Part shown: positions 1-7,322 of the stretch, piece by piece | Numbering within the stretch: position 1 is the first letter of the stretch | Layout of the letters: every line of letters starts with the position of its first letter | DNA from: Candidatus Shapirobacteria bacterium | Lineage (GTDB): Bacteria; Patescibacteriota; Microgenomatia; UBA12405 | Assembly (NCBI GenBank): GCA_018062705.1 | Contig: JAGORQ010000004.1 | Location: 2,345-66,344 of the forward strand | Reading direction: 5' to 3' | Length of the DNA: 64,000 nucleotides | Translations under genes and position numbers: made by a program | Notes under the pieces: generated by a model | Seen by the model: the letters and a program-made list of their open reading frames with translations, nothing else | Database searches by the model: none | Told to the model about the DNA's origin: nothing

Positions 1-21
1 AAGAAAAGTGATATTCCGAAT

Positions 22-525
22 TTGTTGACGATAATCAGAGGGGTGATGACGGTGGTGCTGATTGGACTGTTTTTTACTGATATTAATAATAAATTTTATT
101 GGATACTTGGATTATTTTTGGTAGCTAGTTTAACTGACTTACTGGATGGATATATTGCCAGAAAATACCACTGGGAGAGTAAGTTTGGGGTAGTGATGGA
201 TTCGCTTTTAGATAAGGGGCTGATAATTGGAATGATGGTGTTGTTGATACCCTATAAATTGGTGTCAAATTGGGTATGGATATTGTTAATTGCCAGAGAA
301 GTGATAATAAATTTTGTCAAAAATTCACAAAAAAAAGTGGTGGTGCCAAAAATGGCTGGCAAATTAAAGATGGTGGCGGAGGTGGGATTGATAAGCCTAG
401 GACTAGTAAGACTTATAGGAGAAAATAGGTATCTATACTGGGGAACAAACGTCATGGCAGGATTAAGTATATTTTTGGCTTATTATAGTGGTTATTTTTA
501 TGTCAAAGATATTTGGAAAAAATGA
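22..525 (+). CDS. CDP-alcohol phosphatidyltransferase family protein (PgsA-like); N-terminus may extend beyond window start
   Basis: Motif DG-x2-AR-x8-G-x3-D-x3-D present (DLLDGYIARKYHWESKFGVVMDSLLDK); multi-TM hydrophobic profile. Confidence 0.6.
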   Translation: MLTIIRGVMTVVLIGLFFTDINNKFYWILGLFLVASLTDLLDGYIARKYHWESKFGVVMDSLLDKGLIIGMMVLLIPYKLVSNWVWILLIAREVIINFVKNSQKKVVVPKMAGKLKMVAEVGLISLGLVRLIGENRYLYWGTNVMAGLSIFLAYYSGYFYVKDIWKK

Positions 526-1091
526 AAAATAAAATAATAACGGTGGATTGTGATGGGGTAATAATGGAAAATATAGGTGGACGTAATTGGACCAATCAGT
601 CGAAAAATGAGAGTGAAACGACTATTTACAAAACTTTAAATTTGGCCTGGGCGACTTTTAATCATCAATGGCGAAGGCCGTTACCAGGAATTGAAGAGGC
701 ATTGATAAAACTAAAAAATGAGGGCTATAAACTGGTGCTGGTAACTAGTCGAAAGGAATATTTACAACCGTTGACTATGAGGTGGCTAAAAAAATGGGGG
801 TTGGAAAAATATTTTGAGGGGTTTTATTTTAATAATTTTGGAACAACAGCGGTGGAGAGTAAGGTGAGAAACTTAGGACAAATAGGACCAATTGGACATA
901 TAGATGATAATGAGGAGACGGTAAAAGAACTCAATTTAAAATTCCCACCACGGCGGGCAGGTAAAAATTTAAGAATTTTTTGGCTTTGTAAAACCCCCTC
1001 TCCGGCGGACGCCGGAGTCCCCCTTCAAAAAGGGGATGATTCAAAAATAATTAAAGTGGGGAGTTGGGGAGAAATACGAGAAAAACTCTAA
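513..1091 (+). CDS. HAD-superfamily hydrolase-like protein (5'-nucleotidase-like); contains in-frame GC-rich palindromic insert near C-terminus
   Basis: N-terminal ITVDCDGVI motif (HAD motif I DxDG); 192 aa ORF. Confidence 0.4.
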   Translation: MEKMKNKIITVDCDGVIMENIGGRNWTNQSKNESETTIYKTLNLAWATFNHQWRRPLPGIEEALIKLKNEGYKLVLVTSRKEYLQPLTMRWLKKWGLEKYFEGFYFNNFGTTAVESKVRNLGQIGPIGHIDDNEETVKELNLKFPPRRAGKNLRIFWLCKTPSPADAGVPLQKGDDSKIIKVGSWGEIREKL

Positions 1092-1124
1092 ATTCTAAAC
1101 TCTAAAACAATAAAATATCTTGTG

Positions 1125-1146
1125 GGCGCCAGCAAGTGGCGCCCCT
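1125..1146 (+). terminator. Hairpin terminator after HAD-like gene
   Basis: GGGCGCC-agcaagt-GGCGCCC perfect 7-bp GC stem followed by T-rich tract. Confidence 0.45.
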
Positions 1147-1176
1147 ACGGTGGTATGAGTTTTTATTTATTTTTAT

Positions 1177-1205
1177 TGACAAAATAGGTATAAATTGATA
1201 GAATA
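1177..1205 (+). promoter_or_regulatory. Sigma70-like promoter for ssrA (TTGACA-N17-TAGAAT)
   Basis: TTGACA at 1177-1182, TAGAAT about 17 nt downstream, about 10-15 nt before tmRNA 5' end. Confidence 0.4.
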
Positions 1206-1221
1206 TAGATGTTTTAATTTC

Positions 1222-1655
1222 CGGAGATGTATTGCTTTGACGGAGATTGTACCTTAAAAAACTGCAAGCCGACTTTGATCCATTGAGTCGTGAAACAGGG
1301 TCAAAAACTAAAATGCCAATAAAAAAGGCTACTTTAATTTAGCGACTAGTTTTCCCAAATTCAATTTTGGTCTAAACCAACCTGCTCTAGCTTTCGCTGG
1401 TGCAGCCTGCTAAACAAAAGCATTGATTAGTCCCCTATTCTAGAGGAGGTTAATTAGTGTCAATTAAACTAGAATGCTAGCTCTAAGATCTCGATTTTTT
1501 AGAGAATTAAGAGAGGGGTAATGCCCTCAATAATCGACACTTCAACACTTTTTGTAAATTCTAGTTGTTGAAGATGTAGGATAGAATTTATCTAAGCTTG
1601 TAGATGTTTTTTATTGTCGTCTTTCGGACCCGGGCTCGATACCTGGCATCTCCTC
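1222..1655 (+). ncRNA. ssrA: tmRNA (transfer-messenger RNA, SsrA)
   Basis: 5' end GGAGATGTATTGCTTTGACGGAGATTG resembles canonical tmRNA 5' (GGGGCUGAUUCUGGAUUCGACGGGAUUUG). 3' end GATGTAGGA...TTTCGGACCCGGGCTCGATACCTGGCATCTCC resembles E. coli ...GGAUGUAGGAAUUUCGGACGCGGGUUCAACUCCCGCCAGCUCC. The 7-bp acceptor stem GGAGATG/CATCTCC, the T-arm CCGGG-CTCGATA-CCTGG, and the adjacent smpB all fit. Confidence 0.75.
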
Positions 1656-1726
1656 CTTCGCTCCCCTACGGGGAGCTTCGGAGTGACACAGTCCTCCTTC
1701 CTTTTTTAAAGTTCGGAGTGACACAG
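1651..1726. repeat. Tandem imperfect duplication immediately 3' of tmRNA (TCCTCCTTC...TTCGGAGTGACACAG x2, first copy carrying CTCCCC-TAC-GGGGAG hairpin)
   Basis: Two units of about 35-40 nt sharing TCCTCCTTC and TTCGGAGTGACACAG blocks. Confidence 0.5.
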
Positions 1727-1773
1727 AACAACCCTCTATTTCGCCCAAGCTATCGAATGGTAAACTTTTTTTA

Positions 1774-2013
1774 ATGTACTGGGTGTATGTACTAAAATGC
1801 GTCGATAATGGGTTTTATGTTGGGTGTACCGATAATTTAAGGGAAAGATACAAACAACACAATGATGGTTTGGTGAAAAATACAAAATCAAGATTGCCAG
1901 TGATTTTGTGGCAATATCATTGTTTTAGAAGCAGAGAGGTTGCTTTTAGTTTTGAAAAATATTTGAAAACTGGATCGGGGATTGCTTTTGCAAAAAAGCA
2001 TTTTAGCGAATAG
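1774..2013 (+). CDS. GIY-YIG nuclease family protein (small, UPF0213-type)
   Basis: VYVLKCVDNGFYVGCTDNLRERYKQHN matches GIY-(x10)-YIG-x-T-x-N-L-x-x-R motif. Confidence 0.7.
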   Translation: MYWVYVLKCVDNGFYVGCTDNLRERYKQHNDGLVKNTKSRLPVILWQYHCFRSREVAFSFEKYLKTGSGIAFAKKHFSE

Positions 2014-2416
2014 ATTGGCGTAAATCTTTGGCTTTGATTTTCTCACGTTTTTCGTACTTGCGCAGGCGGCGGCCGATGCCAATCTCCATTTTGAACCAAC
2101 CATGTTGAAGAAAAATACTGATGGGAATGATCATGTATTTTTGATGGCGGTAGCTAATTAATTTGGCAATTTCTTTGTTTGATAAAAGAATTTTGCGCTC
2201 GTTAGTTTTATCAACTTCCTGATTTTGGGAAAATTTGTAGGGCTCAATTGTTAGGTTTAAAACCGTGGGAATGCCATTAATTACTTCAACCTTGGATCCG
2301 TTGAAAAGGACACCCTGGGTGCGCAAAGATTTGGCGTCGGAACCGGTAAGAACGAGACCAGCGACGAATTTTTCTTTGAATTCGTAGTCGCCGGAGTCGC
2401 GATTGAAATATTTCAC
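2003..2416 (-). CDS. smpB: SsrA-binding protein SmpB
   Basis: 137 aa; GLVLTGSDAKSLR ... KILLSNKEIAKL ... WFKMEIGIGRRLRKYEKR fits the SmpB family; adjacent to tmRNA. Confidence 0.85.
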   Translation of the reverse strand: MKYFNRDSGDYEFKEKFVAGLVLTGSDAKSLRTQGVLFNGSKVEVINGIPTVLNLTIEPYKFSQNQEVDKTNERKILLSNKEIAKLISYRHQKYMIIPISIFLQHGWFKMEIGIGRRLRKYEKREKIKAKDLRQSIR

Positions 2417-2451
2417 ACTGTGATTATCTCATACAGACAAAAATCAAAAAT

Positions 2452-2643
2452 TTATTTGAAAAATTTTACAAAAAATGAAAAAACTGAATCGAAAAGTTGA
2501 TTGAGAGTGTAGGTTGCTAAGGTTCCTTTTCGAATCTTTAATTTTCTAAAGACTTTACTGGTGAACGTGCTGTAATAAATATATAGTTTTATGTAAATAT
2601 AAATTGCAATTGCGCCAAGGATGGCTAAATATAAATAATTCAT
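2452..2643 (-). CDS. Small hydrophobic hypothetical protein (coupled to upstream gene by ATGA overlap)
   Basis: 63 aa ORF, one TM-like segment, 4-nt overlap with the stop of the upstream gene. Confidence 0.25.
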   Translation of the reverse strand: MNYLYLAILGAIAIYIYIKLYIYYSTFTSKVFRKLKIRKGTLATYTLNQLFDSVFSFFVKFFK

Positions 2644-4475
2644 AGTGATATTTTATAGATTTTTTGATCGGTACAGAGAACTAGGAGTTGGTTGTTGGCG
2701 GAGTCGAGGGCGAGAGAGGAAATTTGACGACTGCCTAGATTGTAACGAGCGGAAGATTCGCCGTTTTTGCGATAAATGTAAACTTGGGAATCACCATCGG
2801 TGAAGGCGATTAGTTCGCTATCAAGTGAGGTGACTAAATTGTTGACCTTGGTGAAGGACGCTGAATTGAATTTAAACTGGTCCTTGGCGCCCCGAGTGTA
2901 GGGCGTGAGCTGGCCGGTACGGCCAATAACCCAAACACTACCATTGATGGCAAAGGATGAGGGCGATGTGGGTAAGGCAACGCCGTCTTTGAGCCAGACG
3001 GTACCGGCACCAAAACCACTACTATTGGAGTTAAATTTATATAAATTGTACTGATCGTTTTTGTCGGTCGTAAGAAGATAAATGGCGCCATTCCAAAAGC
3101 GAATTGACCCGGTAGAAAAATCTGGGACATCGGCAGAGATGTCAATTTTGGAAACCAGTTCGCTTTTGTTGACCAGATTAATTTTTTGATCTTTGATGAC
3201 ATAAACTAAACCGTTATTTTCAGCGAGAGAATAGGTGGATTTTAGATCGTCAAATTTGGCGACAATGGCAGTGCTTTTTTTGACAGGATCAACTTGATCG
3301 ATACGACCAGAAGTCGAGTCGAGAAGATAAACTAGATTTTTGGCCAGAACCATTTCGGTGTAACGGGCCGAGGAATTGATGAGGGTGGTATCGTAGGCAA
3401 CCGGTGGATTAAAATTTTCTGACGAACCAGTGAGAGTTAGAATATCGCTAATCTGTTTTTGAAAATCGGTAATTTCGGTTTGGTGGATTTTGAGGAGAGC
3501 CATTTTGGCAACAATATCTTTGGCTTCTTTGGCTAGTGACTGAGCCGAATCAAGATTGAGATTGCGAACAGCTTTGGAGGAATTTATTTTGTCAACAACG
3601 ACGGATTTGTAGGTTTGATATTGGGTTTCGGTTTTGGTTTTTTGATTGCGTTGATAACCGTAAACTGAAACACCAATGAGACCAGCCAGAACTAAAATAG
3701 CCAGAACGATGTTGAGATGACGGCGACGAGTAATGACTCCAGTGTCTTGGTGGGAAACATAAGTGGGTGATTTGACAATATTTGTAACTGGTGACTGGTA
3801 GTTAGTAATTGTTGGCCTAGAGATATTGACGGTAACTGAGGGAGAAGGTGGTGGAGTGATAACTGACTGATCATCATCGTCAAAATGAACAGTGAGGTGG
3901 GCGGCGGCGAGACTAGTCTGATCACCACTGGAATACATTGAATTTAAAAAACTCTCCTCAATGTCTTGAACCCTGGGAAGAAATAAATTGGCTTTGACCT
4001 GTTCCCAGCCAAAGGAGCTAATAAATTCGTTGGTGACTAAAAAAATCTGATCGTTGGCATGGAGTGGGCCGGACAGTGAAAAGTATTGTTTTTCTGTTCC
4101 TGTCAGAAGACGACTGATACTGGAATTGCGACGAAGACAGACTGATCCTTGATTGAAGCTGGTAAGATATAGCGTATTCTGGTGGGTAACCGCTAAAACA
4201 ACGGTGATAGTGGTGGTGGATGTAGTGTGCTGGGAAATAATATTTTTGAGAGATGAGAGAAGGTTCTGGGGGGTAAAGACTAAATTAATTTGGTCGATGA
4301 GTTTGTGACCTAAAGCACTAGAATCGAAAGAATGATCAGTAGAGTGGATTGAGATTAGGCCAAATAGGTGACCTCGAGCGGCAGAAACTTCTCGATCATC
4401 CGGCTCATTTTCCCAATATTGGGCCCAAAATCCGGGAGTAGAACGGCCGATAAAGGAGCGAGCAGTGTAGTGCAT
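2640..4475 (-). CDS. Membrane protein: N-terminal degenerate PP2C (PPM)-like domain, one TM helix, C-terminal extracellular beta-propeller-like repeats
   Basis: LYLTSFNQGSVCLRRNSS...LTGTE and DQIFLVTNEFI resemble PPM motifs with catalytic Asp positions replaced; TM LNIVLAILVLAGLIGVSVYGY; repeated NG..Y/W..(V/L) blocks at the C-terminus. Confidence 0.45.
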   Translation of the reverse strand: MHYTARSFIGRSTPGFWAQYWENEPDDREVSAARGHLFGLISIHSTDHSFDSSALGHKLIDQINLVFTPQNLLSSLKNIISQHTTSTTTITVVLAVTHQNTLYLTSFNQGSVCLRRNSSISRLLTGTEKQYFSLSGPLHANDQIFLVTNEFISSFGWEQVKANLFLPRVQDIEESFLNSMYSSGDQTSLAAAHLTVHFDDDDQSVITPPPSPSVTVNISRPTITNYQSPVTNIVKSPTYVSHQDTGVITRRRHLNIVLAILVLAGLIGVSVYGYQRNQKTKTETQYQTYKSVVVDKINSSKAVRNLNLDSAQSLAKEAKDIVAKMALLKIHQTEITDFQKQISDILTLTGSSENFNPPVAYDTTLINSSARYTEMVLAKNLVYLLDSTSGRIDQVDPVKKSTAIVAKFDDLKSTYSLAENNGLVYVIKDQKINLVNKSELVSKIDISADVPDFSTGSIRFWNGAIYLLTTDKNDQYNLYKFNSNSSGFGAGTVWLKDGVALPTSPSSFAINGSVWVIGRTGQLTPYTRGAKDQFKFNSASFTKVNNLVTSLDSELIAFTDGDSQVYIYRKNGESSARYNLGSRQISSLALDSANNQLLVLCTDQKIYKISL

Positions 4476-4518
4476 AAATTAGTTTATCAAGTTCATCAAG
4501 TTTATAAAGTTTGTCAAG

Positions 4519-4863
4519 TTAAAGCACCTTAATTAGGCCTGAAAGCATTTTGGCAATTTGTAAAGATAGATCGATAAATTCTTGAGATTTTGTAGGTGAA
4601 AGATAATTTAATCCCTGAGCCAAATAAATCATCGACCTAACTTCGCCAGCGGAGCCCTTGGAAATATATAGAAATTTTTTAAAATCAGGATTACTTCCTC
4701 TCTCAAATCCTTCGGCAATATTATTCATGATTGAGACAGAAGCCCGAAGTAATTGGTCTTTGAACGAGTAATCTTTACAATTTGTAAAAGAGTTAAAAAT
4801 AGCAATATTAAAATCACGAGACATCTGCCAAACTTTGATATCTTCGAAAGAAGTAAACTTCAT
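4519..4863 (-). CDS. Four-helix-bundle protein (23S rRNA intervening-sequence protein / Avd-like family)
   Basis: FEDIKVWQMSRDF...LLRASVSIMNNIAEGFERGS...KFLYISKGSAGEVRS typical of PF05635-type proteins. Confidence 0.6.
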   Translation of the reverse strand: MKFTSFEDIKVWQMSRDFNIAIFNSFTNCKDYSFKDQLLRASVSIMNNIAEGFERGSNPDFKKFLYISKGSAGEVRSMIYLAQGLNYLSPTKSQEFIDLSLQIAKMLSGLIKVL

Positions 4864-4929
4864 CTACAAATAGTGTAGACTGTTTAGACTAAATTACAAA
4901 GTCAAAATCCCTCTAAGCTATAATTATTT

Positions 4930-5661
4930 ATGGAAAGAATTATTTTGTTACCCGGATATGATGGTGACGGAGAGAAGACATTTGGAAAACTAAAAAAGCT
5001 ATTGGAGAAAAAGGCTGAGGTGCTAACTGTGGACTACCCTTATCTAAATAACTGGGAAAAGCAGTACTCGTTGGTGGAATTAATTGATTACATTAATGCA
5101 GTGATAAAAGATAAAAAAGTGGTGTTGTTGGGATTTTCGATGGGTGGATTTGTAGCATCGGCATATGCGACAAAATATCCAGAAAAAGTGTCGAGGCTTA
5201 TTTTGGTAAGTTCAGCGACTTCACCAAAACTTGATAATAAATTGAAAATTATTTTGATGGTTGCAAAAGTAATGCTACTGAATAAATTGACGGCAGATTG
5301 GCTAACAAAATTATTTTTAGCAAGTAATTTGAAAAACTTTCCCTTACCACACCCGGGAGAGAATTTTAAACCAGAGCAAGGATTCGGAGTGTTTGGAAGC
5401 TTGGTTAAAGTGATGAGTGAGAAATGGGATCAAACCCAACCCACCCTAACGGGTCCCCCCTCATCGCTTGGAGCGACATCTTCGACCCTTGACAGGGAGG
5501 GTTATAAAAAAGAGGTGATTTTATTTGAAGATGATAATTCTTTTCCGGCAAAGGTTTATGGACCAATTTTAAAAAATCAGGGTTTTGAAGTAAAGATTTT
5601 TGAGACAGGAGGACATGCTGAGAGAAGAGATTATTGGGAGAAAGTGGCTAGTGTTTTATGA
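4930..5661 (+). CDS. Alpha/beta hydrolase fold protein; contains in-frame GC-rich insert at about 5432-5503
   Basis: GFSMGG nucleophile elbow (GxSxG), C-terminal GGH; 243 aa. Confidence 0.6.
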   Translation: MERIILLPGYDGDGEKTFGKLKKLLEKKAEVLTVDYPYLNNWEKQYSLVELIDYINAVIKDKKVVLLGFSMGGFVASAYATKYPEKVSRLILVSSATSPKLDNKLKIILMVAKVMLLNKLTADWLTKLFLASNLKNFPLPHPGENFKPEQGFGVFGSLVKVMSEKWDQTQPTLTGPPSSLGATSSTLDREGYKKEVILFEDDNSFPAKVYGPILKNQGFEVKIFETGGHAERRDYWEKVASVL

Positions 5662-5931
5662 AATCCTGAGCACAAAAGAGGTGTTGAGGGCCTTGGCGAG
5701 GCGCTGGAGGAAGCTTAATGTGGGGTTGGAATTGCCGGCTTCAAAACGGGCAAGGGCCGATTGCTTGGTACCCATTAGGTCGGCGACTTGTTTTTGAGTT
5801 AATTTTTGGCGATTGCGAGCACGAAGAGTTTTGGCAATTAGCTTGAATTTGGGACCAAGTTTGTCGTATTCTTTTTTGACACCTGGGCGACTGATAAAAA
5901 TCTCCTTTTTGAATTTACTTAGTGTTTGCAT
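5656..5931 (-). CDS. XRE-family HTH antitoxin (HigA-like)
   Basis: LTQKQVADLMGTKQSALARFE HTH; downstream of RelE/ParE-like toxin gene. Confidence 0.6.
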   Translation of the reverse strand: MQTLSKFKKEIFISRPGVKKEYDKLGPKFKLIAKTLRARNRQKLTQKQVADLMGTKQSALARFEAGNSNPTLSFLQRLAKALNTSFVLRIS

Positions 5932-5951
5932 AACTAATTATATCATATAAG

Positions 5952-6278
5952 TTATATTTGTGTAAGTCGATTTTGAGCAATTTCAATTTCTTTTTGAGGA
6001 GTTTTCATTTTTTTCTTTTGAAAGGCATGGAGTAAATAAAAGTCTTGTTTATGGAAACAATACAATACTCTGATTTCATTTTTGCCTTTTAATCGTAATT
6101 CATAAAGATCGCGACTGATCTTTTTTGAATATGGCATTGATAGTTTTAGACCAAATTGGGATAAAAGAGTGGCTAGTCGAGTAAATTTTGAAATCGTTTT
6201 ATCATCAAATTTACTGATGAACTCATACACTGGTTTATCACCGCGAGTCGATTCGAACAAGACAACTTGATAATTCAC
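5952..6278 (-). CDS. RelE/ParE-superfamily toxin (HigB-like / phage Gp49-like killer protein)
   Basis: 108 aa; ..RDLYELRLKGKNEIRVLYCF.. fits the HigB/Gp49-like family; toxin-then-antitoxin order. Confidence 0.55.
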   Translation of the reverse strand: MNYQVVLFESTRGDKPVYEFISKFDDKTISKFTRLATLLSQFGLKLSMPYSKKISRDLYELRLKGKNEIRVLYCFHKQDFYLLHAFQKKKMKTPQKEIEIAQNRLTQI

Positions 6279-6290
6279 TTACTAAATATA

Positions 6291-6515
6291 TCACAAAACT
6301 GTTAGGGTAAGAAAAACGAGAAAAAGCGAAAAACCAAGGTGGATCCAAGAAAAAGTGACGAGGATAGGGTTAAATTTGTCAGTGACATTTTTGGTCATCA
6401 TGCTGGTTTGCTTGAGGACGACAATAGCAAAAATAGTGTAAAAAATTGAACCCAAAACAAAAAAGGTTTTTTGGGTGAGAAGAAAAAGTTGATTGAGGTT
6501 GGTGATATCAAACAT
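6291..6515 (-). CDS. Small membrane protein, hypothetical
   Basis: 74 aa, two TM-like segments. Confidence 0.3.
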   Translation of the reverse strand: MFDITNLNQLFLLTQKTFFVLGSIFYTIFAIVVLKQTSMMTKNVTDKFNPILVTFSWIHLGFSLFLVFLTLTVL

Positions 6516-6517
6516 AA

Positions 6518-7264
6518 TTAGGCTTGACCATCTAAACGAAGCTGTTCGTCTCGTTCACGGAGATTGCGAAGAGCTTTAACGACTTTTTCAGGATTGGGGA
6601 CACTTTCAAAGACTAATTGATTTTTTTCGGCAGCAGTTTGGATAAGAACATTACCGTAGTTGAACATGGTGGGAAAGAAACCGATGACACGAGAAGTAAC
6701 GTCTTCGATGTTGGCGAGATTGCACTCGGAAAATTTTTTGTCGAGAAGATTGTTGAAATCGATATCAACTACCCGTTCGTTGGTAATGATGTAAAGATCA
6801 AAATACCAGGAAAGAAATTTTTCAAAAGAATAGGCAAAAGTTGCGATATACCAAAAAATCATGAAGATAAAACCGAAACTTGATGAAAATATGTTGAGAA
6901 ACTGATTGAAAGGAATTAGGGTAGGAATAATAACGGCCACCAGGGCTACCAGAATCCAGTGGAGATTGGTAAACCAATGGGAGCGAAGGGCTAAAATAAT
7001 GGTTTCGTCGGAGTCTTGCTCGATAAATCGAAGCACCTTGGGGCGAACCAAAAATGAGGAAAAGGGGGTTTTGGAATGGCCTAAGATACTGTAAAGAGGG
7101 GCGAAATCGGCTTCAGAAAAAGCTACTTCAGAAGGAGTGGGGGCGGGGGTTTTCTTTGATTTCTTCTTCTTGGATGAGGGAATAGTGACCGGATCCGCCT
7201 GGGCTGGTGTGACGACAGACAAGTCGTCGGGAGCAACTGTATCAAGATCGAGAGAACGTGACAT
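6518..7264 (-). CDS. Membrane protein with bacterial PH-like (YdbS/YdbT-type) domain, hypothetical
   Basis: Lys/Pro-rich N-terminal region, two TM helices, then ..IITNERVVDIDF.. typical of bPH_2. Confidence 0.4.
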   Translation of the reverse strand: MSRSLDLDTVAPDDLSVVTPAQADPVTIPSSKKKKSKKTPAPTPSEVAFSEADFAPLYSILGHSKTPFSSFLVRPKVLRFIEQDSDETIILALRSHWFTNLHWILVALVAVIIPTLIPFNQFLNIFSSSFGFIFMIFWYIATFAYSFEKFLSWYFDLYIITNERVVDIDFNNLLDKKFSECNLANIEDVTSRVIGFFPTMFNYGNVLIQTAAEKNQLVFESVPNPEKVVKALRNLRERDEQLRLDGQA

Positions 7265-7279
7265 AAGATATTATACCAA

Positions 7280-7313
7280 CGATTTAAGATTTAAGAAGTA
7301 AGATTTAAGAATG
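7280..7313. repeat. Degenerate heptanucleotide tandem repeat (GATTTAA-GATTTAA-GAAGTAA-GATTTAA-GAATGGG), copy 1 of a dispersed family
   Basis: Near-identical blocks at 36751-36792, 39411-39450, 39911-39948, 56543-56578, 57268-57310. Confidence 0.6.
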
Positions 7314-7322
7314 GGACAAAAA

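Noticed and set aside
1200-1770. RNase P RNA in the long intergenic region (partial similarity of CCCGGGCTCGATA / ACAGAAC to P4 strands)
   Set aside because: The two P4-like strings are only about 80 nt apart, and the region as a whole matches tmRNA 5' and 3' hallmarks far better; smpB is adjacent
4519-4863. Diversity-generating retroelement suggested by the Avd-like four-helix-bundle gene
   Set aside because: No reverse transcriptase gene and no template/variable repeat pair nearby; stand-alone members of this family are common
7280-7313. CRISPR array suggested by the short repeated blocks (heptamer repeats, palindromic inserts)
   Set aside because: Copies are dispersed singly across 50 kb, lack regular repeat-spacer alternation, and there are no cas genes
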